In this document: positions 20,688 through 29,914 of the stretch, one piece after another
How positions within the stretch are numbered: the stretch's first letter is position 1
Layout: each line of letters starts with the position of its first letter
Origin: Meyerozyma guilliermondii
Taxonomy: Eukaryota
DNA: 64,000 bases
Assembly: GCA_051546255.1 (NCBI GenBank)
Contig: CP128816.1
Location: forward strand, 248,001 to 312,000
Direction: 5' to 3'
Notes under the pieces: generated by a model
The model's input: only the letters and a program-made list of their open reading frames with translations
What the model was told of the DNA's origin: nothing
The model's database searches: none
Program-made: the position numbers and the translations under genes

Positions 20688-22916
20688 CTATTTGGCGTAG
20701 TGTAATTTTATATCCAACCAGTTTCTCTTCTTCACCTCTTCCACCGGCAACGAAATATCACCATAGGTAATTGGGCGGAAATAGAAGAAAAACCAAGCAA
20801 CGGCAACGGTGCAAATAGACACCAAAGTAATGATCTTCTTTTTGTCCACACCAGCTTGTTGAGCCCCCACTCTATTACTGGAGCAAATGAACTCTACTAG
20901 AGCTCCAGAGAACAATGCAGCTATCAAGTGTGCAGGGAGGTAGTGGTGCAAGAACTTTTGTCTGTTCATCAAAAAGAATGGCAAATAATGGGCGGCCCAT
21001 CCAGCGAAAAGAAACCCTAAAGAGTTGTACAATCTGGATCTGGCTTTATCGTGTAACAAGTAAATGCCACGACGGCGAGTCAATTGGTCGGCCAACAAGA
21101 TCCCGACGTATATAGCAAGGAAGGCCACTTCTAACCAGAATCCAATGACATTACCAATGAAGAAGATTTGCTTTCTTTGGTTGTTATCGTTCCAGAAAGA
21201 AACTCCCGATAAAGCCAAGGGCCAGGCATCTGGTTGCGATGCAAAAGGATGCTCCGAAGACAATTGGTTGTTGTGATAGAACATTAACCCTTGCAACTCC
21301 CACCATTTTTTCAAAAATGGAATTTTGCGAAGTTTCTTGGGAACGTATTCTCTTCTCTTGTCATCTTCAGGCATGTTGAAAATCTCGTCAAAAGTCCATG
21401 TGTTATCCATATCTTGAAGCTTTTTGTTTCCACTCACTTCCTGATGGCCGAAACCCCATTCTGGCAAAACTTCATCGTCATGGGTCCACATGGCCACGAC
21501 GGTATCCACATGAATAACCTTCAAAGGAACCGCTTTTGTTTTCACCAACTTTCTCTTGTTCTTGCTGTTTGCTGTCGAGTGACGAAGCCTGAAAAGAGAC
21601 TCGTTATAAGCCTGTGAGTACTTTTCATCATTATAAGTAATGGTGAACTCTTCGTTGGTCGACTTCAAAGGAGATGCCACATCGTGGGTCAACAAGTATC
21701 CGCCGGTACCCACATGTTTCAAACGAATGACATCGTTGGTGTAAACCGCCTGGCCTTTTTTGACTTCAGTAGTAGGAATGATTTCCCATTGACTGTTAAT
21801 ATCAATTGCAGCTTCACCATCAACCACACATGTCACCTGCTGAGTGTTGGAAGAAATCCGTCCATCCTCGTACCTCAAAGGATAGTCTGCCAAGTGAGAA
21901 TGTAAAAGGGCGCCCGTATCCTTGTGTTTGATCGACACCACATCATAGTAGTTGACCTGCTTGGCTAAGCGGGCCATCGGGGACTCGATCAAAGTTTCCT
22001 GGAACTCCGACGACATAAAGTTGTCTCCTGGTCCCGACTTGGTCAAGATGGAGAAGTGAACGTAGAACCAGAACAAGTAGATCATAAAGGGGAAAATAAT
22101 CAAGCACCACAACCGAGCAAAGAAATGTTGTGCGAGTTTGACATTGGTCAATCCACGGCGGTAGTCGAGCAAAATCCACAATTCGTACAACACACCAATC
22201 CCAATAGTAACATAAGTCAAAACACCCACATATTTGGTTGAAATCACGCACGAGAGAGCAACACCTGTGGCTGTCAACCAAGACCACCATTTCTTGGTGA
22301 ATGGAACCTTTCTGTAAGTCACAAAGTTAAAGTAGCAGAAAATTGTCACGGCAACACTCAAGTTGAGTGTAGCATCTAAGAGAATGAGTCTCGAATCGGT
22401 GATGTGAGCATTGTCAAAACACACCAACACGGCTGCAAACGTACACGCAGGTACCGAGTAGCCCACAGTCTTCAAGCTTAGAAACATCACTGGTACGGTC
22501 AATGTTCCCTGGATGGCCAGAAATGCTCGATAGGCAATATATGGCACGTTGTTTTTCACGTAGTCGTCACCGATGTTTTCAAACTTGAACGCACCATCAT
22601 AGCCAACAATCCATCCGACTGCAGCAATAAGCAACTTGGCAAATGGTGGATGCAAATCAAAGAAATAGGTTCTTTCCAAGTAATACGAGGCAAACTTTCC
22701 AAAATGAACCTCGTCGAACACCACCATGGGTGGGTTGGAGATTTTGGTGAAACGAGTGTAAATTGCAAAAACCGTCACCAACGCGAGTGCAAGGTAGTAC
22801 TTGTGTTCCGGATCTGCAGCTTTGACAGCGACCGGATTATGGACTTTCGGTTCTTCACTTGCAGCTGCAGACGCAGCCGAACCGGTTTTCTTTCCCCGTC
22901 TCCGTAGCTCAGACAT
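20688..22916 (-). CDS. PMT4: Protein O-mannosyltransferase, PMT4 subfamily
   Basis: VVFDEVHFGKFASYYLERTYFFDLHPPFAK, MIR domains, RQKFLHHYLPAHL. Confidence 0.95.
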   Translation of the reverse strand: MSELRRRGKKTGSAASAAASEEPKVHNPVAVKAADPEHKYYLALALVTVFAIYTRFTKISNPPMVVFDEVHFGKFASYYLERTYFFDLHPPFAKLLIAAVGWIVGYDGAFKFENIGDDYVKNNVPYIAYRAFLAIQGTLTVPVMFLSLKTVGYSVPACTFAAVLVCFDNAHITDSRLILLDATLNLSVAVTIFCYFNFVTYRKVPFTKKWWSWLTATGVALSCVISTKYVGVLTYVTIGIGVLYELWILLDYRRGLTNVKLAQHFFARLWCLIIFPFMIYLFWFYVHFSILTKSGPGDNFMSSEFQETLIESPMARLAKQVNYYDVVSIKHKDTGALLHSHLADYPLRYEDGRISSNTQQVTCVVDGEAAIDINSQWEIIPTTEVKKGQAVYTNDVIRLKHVGTGGYLLTHDVASPLKSTNEEFTITYNDEKYSQAYNESLFRLRHSTANSKNKRKLVKTKAVPLKVIHVDTVVAMWTHDDEVLPEWGFGHQEVSGNKKLQDMDNTWTFDEIFNMPEDDKRREYVPKKLRKIPFLKKWWELQGLMFYHNNQLSSEHPFASQPDAWPLALSGVSFWNDNNQRKQIFFIGNVIGFWLEVAFLAIYVGILLADQLTRRRGIYLLHDKARSRLYNSLGFLFAGWAAHYLPFFLMNRQKFLHHYLPAHLIAALFSGALVEFICSSNRVGAQQAGVDKKKIITLVSICTVAVAWFFFYFRPITYGDISLPVEEVKKRNWLDIKLHYAK

Positions 22917-23079
22917 TGAAGCAGCAACTTGTACAAGTGTTGAAATCTGCGATCGTGGAATTCGTGGCTTGTTCGCGGTGTATGGAGTTAGTAAATAAAT
23001 GTGTGCCTTACATCGCGTTCCATTGTTTGCAAATCTGTCAATTACGTAGAAGTAAATCCTATTATGTAGTGTGGCTATG

Positions 23080-26031
23080 TTACATTTTCATTTTAGACCT
23101 CTTTTGTAATCCCCCACGTCCCTTGATTATGGGGGTCGTAGGCAGGGTGAAAACACTTGTGGAACTGTTATAACGACTCGTTGGAGGCTTCTGCTGAGGG
23201 TACGAGTCTCGGTGACTTGCAGATGATTGCGACTCCAACGATGAGTTAGACCGGTCTCGGGGCACTCCATGGCCACGAGTGTCTATTCCCTCGCCCACAA
23301 GATCTGCGGCTCCGCGCTCGTGACGTCGGTATGCAAAAGGATCAATTGTTCTGTCATTGGCCCTGTAGGTTCCAATAGGTATGGCGTCGGTGACTTCGGC
23401 GGTTGCTGGAATGGTGATTGGTTTCAGCGACGACAACTGCTTGATTCGCGAGTTCCGTTCATCAAGGAGCCCTTCGTATCTAAGAATAACCGCAGAAAGC
23501 TCTTGTATCTTTTTTTCGTATTGTAAGGAATACTTTCCAACACTTTCGCTGAGCGCTTGCTTCGATGTAGCGAGACGTGCTTCATAGCTTTTCACCTGTG
23601 TGTCGAGCGTCTGCTTGAGTTCAACAAGGTCGCTTGTTAGCTTGCCGTTGAGATCTTTGGACACTTCGAGTTCAGTTTGAAGCTCAAATATACGCTTCTC
23701 TTTTTCTGAACTAGCAATGTTCACCGGTGTGCCGTCTTCACTAGGAGGCTCAAACTCAATTGGCTTTTCTTTCGGTACGTCGCTGACCTTCCTCTCTTCA
23801 AGCTGTCTCTTTAACTCAGCTATTTCCGCCTCTCGCTTTGGAACGATGCTGCTAAATGTGTCGTCGACATTGTTCTGTAGAAAGGAATACGTCTTTTCAA
23901 GGTCCTTCAATTTGCGTTCAAGCTCAGATTTCTCGAGTCCTAGAACTTCAAGCTGGTCAACAAGAGCCTTGACATCAACGTTGTTCGCTTGTGATGGTGA
24001 CTCCTTCTTGTCAGAGACAACTTTGGGCATCTCCTCCAAATTTGACAGCTCTTTGATGTACGTGTCACGCTGAAGCTGGTTCAATTTGAGTCTCATGTCG
24101 ATGTATTGCATTGTTGTAACATGCCTCATGTAATTGCTGAACTCGAGTTCGTTCGCTAAAATTGTCAATTCTCGATGGTAGAAACCTCTTCCTCCTTCAT
24201 CGACCGAACCTAAATGCTCTTTGGATTCACTGGATTCAGCCTTCACCACACTCTGCACAGCTTTGGTTTCAATAGATGTAGTAGCTGACGACGTTGGGCG
24301 CTGAATTTGTAGTGATCCCTGGTCGTTTGGAGCGTACATCTTCTCGTGTGTATCATAAAGTTCTTCGAGGTAACCTTTGGAAGTTACTTTTTCCAGTTCC
24401 TCGGTGGGCTTTTCTTCAAAACTGGTTTCTCTGAACTCTACACCGCTTGCTTTTCGTCTTAGCGAGTTTTCAAGAACGATTTTCTGTGCAAGTCCGTCCT
24501 TCACTGTCATCGATAGAAAGCCAGCAGAAGAGTTCTTTCTTGACGCCAAGTGAGAATCTTCAAGGCTTGCCATGGATCCATTGCTGCTGATAAGTTTGAT
24601 ATCTGCATCCAGCCAGCTGAATGGGATATCGAACACCAATCCAGCATTGAGCTTATAGCATGCAAGAGACAAGCTGGTTGGTGTTCGCTCTGCTTTGAAC
24701 CACCCAACAGGGTTCGCAAGTTCCAGTTCAAGGTCTGTAGGTGAAGGGCTCTTGTAGTCGACAAACACGGGGTGCAATTTGAAGGCCTGAAGCTGGTCGT
24801 TGTAGAGATTTTGAATCACTTTATTCCCTTTTGTGAAATCTAGAATATAGTCCAAGTGAGCGACAGTGGTTATTTGCGGAGGAAACTTGGAAATGTACAG
24901 TTCGGGATCCTTGCAAAAGTTGCAGAAATTATACGGCACTAATCCGTAGAGTAGTGTAGCAAGATGCTGTATGTTTGCTGTAGAAGGGCCACGCCCTAGT
25001 TTGCGGGTGACATATTCCTGTTGACTATGGGAGACATCGATTTCAGCGGCATTCCAGGTGATTGAGTAGGTTTCCCAGAAAGTTCCTGGAACTTGCGGAA
25101 CATGAGCTTTGGAGCCCCAAACGGTAAGTCTTAAGAAAGCCACGAAAAGATCAGATATCAAGAGTTGCGAAGGCTCGTGCAATGCAACGTGGGGGATGGC
25201 CATGAAGGCACAGTTGAGGGCCGCTTCGGCTATGTACATGTTATTGTCGAACAAGAGCGATTTGAACAAACTCGTTATCAAACTGCTACCAGAAATGGGA
25301 AGAATGTGGTTTCTGCTACTCTCAAGGAACTGAGAGAGAAACAGTAGAATGTCTAGTCGCTCACTGGGGTATCGAAACTGGGCATCGAGCATTGCAAACA
25401 AGTCTAGTGGATGTCGAGCGCCATATTTGAGGAGGAAGATGGCACAATTTTTTCTCATGAAACGTTGTCGTTCAAGCTGCATTTGGCTATTTTCCTCTCT
25501 CTTGATAGTAGTGGATACACTGGCCCTTCCCAAGTAGATATTGAGTATGTGGTTCATGATTTTGAGTGCTCGTTGACGTCTTGCAGCTTCGAGAGCGGTG
25601 TCATTGGAAGAGACATATACGTCCTCCGAGTTACTGAGCTTGATTACAAGGTCCTGGATCATTTCTGTGAACTTCAAGTCGACGCCTGCGCTGTCCAAGG
25701 CCGTGGGTAAATATGTCTTGAGCCAAAGCATAGATGCATCCTCCAACAAGATGGGAACAAATTGAATCAAAACATTCAAAAAGAACGTTTGAGTCTTGAG
25801 ACCAGAATGCGGCTCTATGAAGGTGTTGTAGACACGGAGGAGATGGTCATTGACGTTAATTGTCTGTTTTATCGAATGAAGGGTATCGTGCTTGTGGAGA
25901 AATGCTCTGATCGCCTCACAGAGAAGAGCGACGTCGGGATCGTCCTGGGCATTTTCGTGGTCTAAAATGTCCTCTAGGCGCCCGAACACAGTATCAAGAC
26001 ATCGTAGGAGGTCCCTCGATGACCCCAGCAT
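23080..26031 (-). CDS. TSC1: Hamartin/Tsc1 homologue
   Basis: Helical N-terminus with the LATLLYGLVPYNF..F.KDP hamartin motif and FKLHP. ELEFSNYMRH precedes a long coiled coil; the protein ends in IKGRGG. Confidence 0.75.
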   Translation of the reverse strand: MLGSSRDLLRCLDTVFGRLEDILDHENAQDDPDVALLCEAIRAFLHKHDTLHSIKQTINVNDHLLRVYNTFIEPHSGLKTQTFFLNVLIQFVPILLEDASMLWLKTYLPTALDSAGVDLKFTEMIQDLVIKLSNSEDVYVSSNDTALEAARRQRALKIMNHILNIYLGRASVSTTIKREENSQMQLERQRFMRKNCAIFLLKYGARHPLDLFAMLDAQFRYPSERLDILLFLSQFLESSRNHILPISGSSLITSLFKSLLFDNNMYIAEAALNCAFMAIPHVALHEPSQLLISDLFVAFLRLTVWGSKAHVPQVPGTFWETYSITWNAAEIDVSHSQQEYVTRKLGRGPSTANIQHLATLLYGLVPYNFCNFCKDPELYISKFPPQITTVAHLDYILDFTKGNKVIQNLYNDQLQAFKLHPVFVDYKSPSPTDLELELANPVGWFKAERTPTSLSLACYKLNAGLVFDIPFSWLDADIKLISSNGSMASLEDSHLASRKNSSAGFLSMTVKDGLAQKIVLENSLRRKASGVEFRETSFEEKPTEELEKVTSKGYLEELYDTHEKMYAPNDQGSLQIQRPTSSATTSIETKAVQSVVKAESSESKEHLGSVDEGGRGFYHRELTILANELEFSNYMRHVTTMQYIDMRLKLNQLQRDTYIKELSNLEEMPKVVSDKKESPSQANNVDVKALVDQLEVLGLEKSELERKLKDLEKTYSFLQNNVDDTFSSIVPKREAEIAELKRQLEERKVSDVPKEKPIEFEPPSEDGTPVNIASSEKEKRIFELQTELEVSKDLNGKLTSDLVELKQTLDTQVKSYEARLATSKQALSESVGKYSLQYEKKIQELSAVILRYEGLLDERNSRIKQLSSLKPITIPATAEVTDAIPIGTYRANDRTIDPFAYRRHERGAADLVGEGIDTRGHGVPRDRSNSSLESQSSASHRDSYPQQKPPTSRYNSSTSVFTLPTTPIIKGRGGLQKRSKMKM

Positions 26032-26109
26032 CTATTACAGGACGAACAAGATATTGGTACGAGGTTGAATGATTTATGATTTTCAAATCGCGCGACAATT
26101 TAATTAGAG

Positions 26110-27033
26110 ATGAGCCTACTTGATGTGATTGAGAAGGTGGATACGTTTCCATACGACCATATCCCGGAACACTATTACCATTTCCTAGCACACGATGGAG
26201 TCTGCATAGGATACATGACCAAAGATATGGCACTTATGTTTGATGGTGAGCCAGAATTTTCTGTTGATAACGGGGCCAAGACGGTAGCCATGGGTAGCCA
26301 TTTGACCACAATTGAAGCTCGAAATGAGGTTTGTAGCTCAATTGCTTCCCGCTGGCGTCACCTCCCTCAATTCTCTTTGTCGTTGGATAAAGGCTGGCGT
26401 GACGAATTGTACACTGTGTATAACCCTCTGTCCACCCCATACATGCTTGTCGAGAGAGCATTTCTGGTTTTGTTGGGAATAGTCACATACGGTGTCCATA
26501 TCAATGGGTATGTTCCAGCAAGCAAGAGCAAAGATGGAAAACTCAAGATGTGGATTCCTCGGCGTTCGCCGACTAAATCGACTTTTCCAGGAATGCTCGA
26601 TAATACCGTTGCGGGAGGACTTGGATATCCGTACGGAATAAACCACACGGTGACCAAAGAATGTCAGGAAGAAGCGGGGTTGGATGCTGAATTTGTCAAG
26701 CTGCACATAAAACCTACCGGAGTCGTTCTGTATATGATACAGCCTCATGGCCCTGAGCACCAAGTCCAACCTGAAGTTGAATACACTTTTGACCTCGAGT
26801 TCGACGACGAAACTTCTGTGGTGCCTCACCCCGAGGACGGCGAAGCCGAATACTTTCTGCTTATGACTCTTGATGAGTTGCTACCCAAAGTTTTAGCTGG
26901 AGAATTCAAGCCCAATTGTGGCTTAATCATTGTGGATTTTTTGATCAGACACGGCTTAGTGGGGCCAGAAACACCTGGCTACGCCGAGATCGTCAGCAGG
27001 TGCCACAGACGCTTTCCTTTTCCCACTTTGTGA
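26110..27033 (+). CDS. Nudix hydrolase, YJR142W/Tnr3-type (oxidised thiamine diphosphate hydrolase-like)
   Basis: GWRDELY, YGVHINGY, WIPRRS.TK.TFPGMLDNTVAGG, KECQEEAGL, FKPNC. Confidence 0.88.
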   Translation: MSLLDVIEKVDTFPYDHIPEHYYHFLAHDGVCIGYMTKDMALMFDGEPEFSVDNGAKTVAMGSHLTTIEARNEVCSSIASRWRHLPQFSLSLDKGWRDELYTVYNPLSTPYMLVERAFLVLLGIVTYGVHINGYVPASKSKDGKLKMWIPRRSPTKSTFPGMLDNTVAGGLGYPYGINHTVTKECQEEAGLDAEFVKLHIKPTGVVLYMIQPHGPEHQVQPEVEYTFDLEFDDETSVVPHPEDGEAEYFLLMTLDELLPKVLAGEFKPNCGLIIVDFLIRHGLVGPETPGYAEIVSRCHRRFPFPTL

Positions 27034-27262
27034 AACTTTGACTGTTATTGGTTAATGGCTGCAACAAGCTAAAATTGTAATAAAATAATGTATGAAATAG
27101 TGTATATTTTGACTATCTAACCACAAAATATTGTAATTGGCGCCAATTCAAGTAGATATGAATCCTTTCACGAGATCTCGTAACATAATTTATTCTTTTC
27201 CTTCACCTCTCTCTTGCCGGTTGCTCGCTCTTATCGCGATTTTCAAATTTGATCTCACATTC

Positions 27263-28882
27263 ATGTCAACCACATCAATGCCTCTGCTACAACAGGCTGC
27301 CTATTCTATACGCACCAGTATTAGCAAGCAGCTTCACCTAGATGACAAGATTACCAAGAACGAGTTTACGTCCAAAATCGAACTTCTACAAGACATAACG
27401 TTCAATCTTAGCTCTCTTCTTCAGCACAATCCACATGAAACTTCCGTTTGGATCGACCTTTTAACCGTTTTTCTGGACCATTTAGTGGTATACAAGCAAC
27501 ATTATCGATCCTTGGTCCTCTCCAAAAAGCAAGAATGGACTATATATCCTATAGAGAATCGGATCTCGAAAGTATTTGGAGTATTTGGCCGCTTAGTGCT
27601 GACGCTTTTAGGTCTACAAATCACTAGGATCTCAATTGATGTTGAGGAGTTACTTTGCAACACATATTCGCTTGCTGAAGTCGAATATATTGGTGAAGTT
27701 CAGTATTTCAATAATACTGAAACTTTGGTATCTCAAAGCACCCTGGTCGTATTAGCGATGAAGAGCCAAGAACTGCCTTCCACTTATATTCGAATTCTTA
27801 CCGGCTACCTCAGATGTGCTTACATTGCAGGGCTTTCTCATTATACAACCGATATCTTGAAAGCAACATCTCCTCTTGAAGTTATACCATTGATCGAAGA
27901 GTCCTCGATCGAATATTCCGTGATAAATGACTTTTTCAAGTATTCAGCATTCAATCTAGTCACCAACTCGGTGCGAGGAAACAGTATTGAAGACAAGTAT
28001 AACCTCCATGCCGATCTCTTCTTCAGAGTGTTGTTGAATCTCCCCAATCTTAAACTCCTGGTGTTCCACAAATACAACTTTAACGAAGAATCTGCCGAGT
28101 CTGCTGTGTGGCCCGAGCCTGCAACACCACGAGATCCTGCTTTCGTAGCGGATGATCCGTTGGTTCGTCGTCAAGAAATCTCCTTCATGTATATTCTAAA
28201 CTACTTGCTATCGCTCACCGATATGCTGCAGTTGGTCGATCCAGATGGCTATTACGAACGTGAGCTTCAGTTCTTGTCTCTGTCGCTTACATGGAGAAAC
28301 ACAAAAGATATACGAAATGCTTCGAGATCAGGAAGTACCCATTCGGAAGCACTGCTCTATATGGAACCTCGAGACGATGAGGCAGAAGCACCAGCGAATA
28401 TGACGGCTGCAAGCCATCCTAGTTTGAGCTCAATGATCCTTCATGGAACATATTCACAGATCAACATAATGGTGTGCCAGATATTCAACAACCTCAAAAA
28501 ACCAACGCTCAACATTCCTTTTGTCCTCAAGGCGTATAATTTGTCCAAGGACAGCGAATTGCACTACAATGTATCGCTCATAGACCCAGAGAAATTTCCC
28601 GGAAAAATAGCCTATGCCTCGGTGCTAGATAAGATAGTACGTTTGTTACATGTTCTTTCGGCTCAATTTCTTGTCGACAGAACTGGTTTGGATGCTATAC
28701 CAACGGGCCTTGTGGATTCAATGTCTTTACAGCAAATTGACACGACTATAAAACCGTTAATGGCTCGCTATGAGAGCCAAAGTGCAAAAACAAGTGACTT
28801 GAAATCACGCAAAGGAAAAACTCTAGCATTGGCACAATCCATACAGATGCTAGACGAAATCTCAGCCAGACTCGATGTGTGA
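27263..28882 (+). CDS. Hypothetical alpha-helical protein (possibly PCI/COP9 signalosome-like)
   Basis: Long ORF of about 540 aa filling the gap between known genes. Start is uncertain (ATG 27158 or 27263). Confidence 0.6.
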   Translation: MSTTSMPLLQQAAYSIRTSISKQLHLDDKITKNEFTSKIELLQDITFNLSSLLQHNPHETSVWIDLLTVFLDHLVVYKQHYRSLVLSKKQEWTIYPIENRISKVFGVFGRLVLTLLGLQITRISIDVEELLCNTYSLAEVEYIGEVQYFNNTETLVSQSTLVVLAMKSQELPSTYIRILTGYLRCAYIAGLSHYTTDILKATSPLEVIPLIEESSIEYSVINDFFKYSAFNLVTNSVRGNSIEDKYNLHADLFFRVLLNLPNLKLLVFHKYNFNEESAESAVWPEPATPRDPAFVADDPLVRRQEISFMYILNYLLSLTDMLQLVDPDGYYERELQFLSLSLTWRNTKDIRNASRSGSTHSEALLYMEPRDDEAEAPANMTAASHPSLSSMILHGTYSQINIMVCQIFNNLKKPTLNIPFVLKAYNLSKDSELHYNVSLIDPEKFPGKIAYASVLDKIVRLLHVLSAQFLVDRTGLDAIPTGLVDSMSLQQIDTTIKPLMARYESQSAKTSDLKSRKGKTLALAQSIQMLDEISARLDV

Positions 28883-28973
28883 AAATATATTGAATGGTAT
28901 TACGTATATTTGCAACCTTACGTTATATATTTTGCAACTTACGCGAATAAATTCATCAACCAAATGTTTCAAC

Positions 28974-29914
28974 ATGGGTGTGTCTGAAATCTTTCGGTCG
29001 TTACGCCACGATATCAACACGGAGTAAGTAATGCATCTTGGTGATGTATCTCTTTCGTGGCATAAATCTAACTCAGCACTGAAAATGCAAGGGTTATTGC
29101 GGATGTCGAAGAACAATTGAATAGTCGCCATTCTGACACCCATTTTCAACTCTCGGAAATGTTGAAGTTGACGCCGCTCCAGCTCTGGAATGGATACTTT
29201 ACGTGCTTCGACCCAGACCTGTTTCTGGAAGACGACATCTTCTCATATCCTGAGGTAGAAAAGCTGGCGCTAGAGGACGAGGACGAGGACTCGATTCTCC
29301 GGAAAATTCGTGAAGACTTCAAAGAGATAAAACAAAGCATAGACAGCTTGAATTGTACCTCTGGTGCCAAGGAGCGGTTAACGAACAAGCTCAAGGAAGA
29401 TACTTATTTCTTTTTGTTGGCCAGTCGCTACTTCAATTCGGTTGCATACCATTTCAAGACCCGTGACCTATTTGTTCCTTTGAAGGTCCCGGCATGTACC
29501 ACGCTCAAAGAACATGAAGCTGGGTATAGGTATAACGCCGCTGGTATCGTAATGAAGCCGAATGAAATAGATGAGATCTTGGGAGAGAAAGCTTTCGCGT
29601 ACTCCCCATATTTGTCGGCCCTACTTGAACTCTCAGAAATGTTAGTTGATTACACTACAAACATTATCATCAAACTTTCCACGGATTCAGATGGGGATGA
29701 TGATTTAGTCAAGGGTCAGTACAGCTTGGCGTTGTTGAATTTCAGTCTTTTATCCCACTTGCAAAACGGGTTCCAAATGTTGGATCTTAAGAACGACGGC
29801 ATCAGAAGAAAGTACGATAAACTCAAATACAGCGTGAAAAAAATCAACGGTATCGTATACGATTTATCTTTGAGGAGGCTTTTCCCATTCAAGGCGGAAG
29901 TGACAGATCGTTAA
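28974..29914 (+). CDS. Translin family protein; two exons, join(28974..29023,29077..29914)
   Basis: C-terminus GFQMLDLKNDGIRRKYDKLKYSVKKI..IVYDLSLR is the translin signature. The spliced N-terminus MGVSEIFRSL resembles the translin start MSVSEIF. Confidence 0.85.
29024..29076 (+). other. Spliceosomal intron (53 nt) in the translin gene
   Basis: GTAAGT donor, ATCTAAC branch-like site, then T-CAG acceptor. Removal joins ATG 28974 in frame to the 29117 ORF; the unspliced frame reads GAG TAA. Confidence 0.85.

Noticed and set aside
4231..27033. Possible phosphate-metabolism gene cluster (PMU1-like, VTC5, PPX1, Nudix)
   Set aside because: The genes are separated by unrelated housekeeping genes; ordinary synteny explains their positions.
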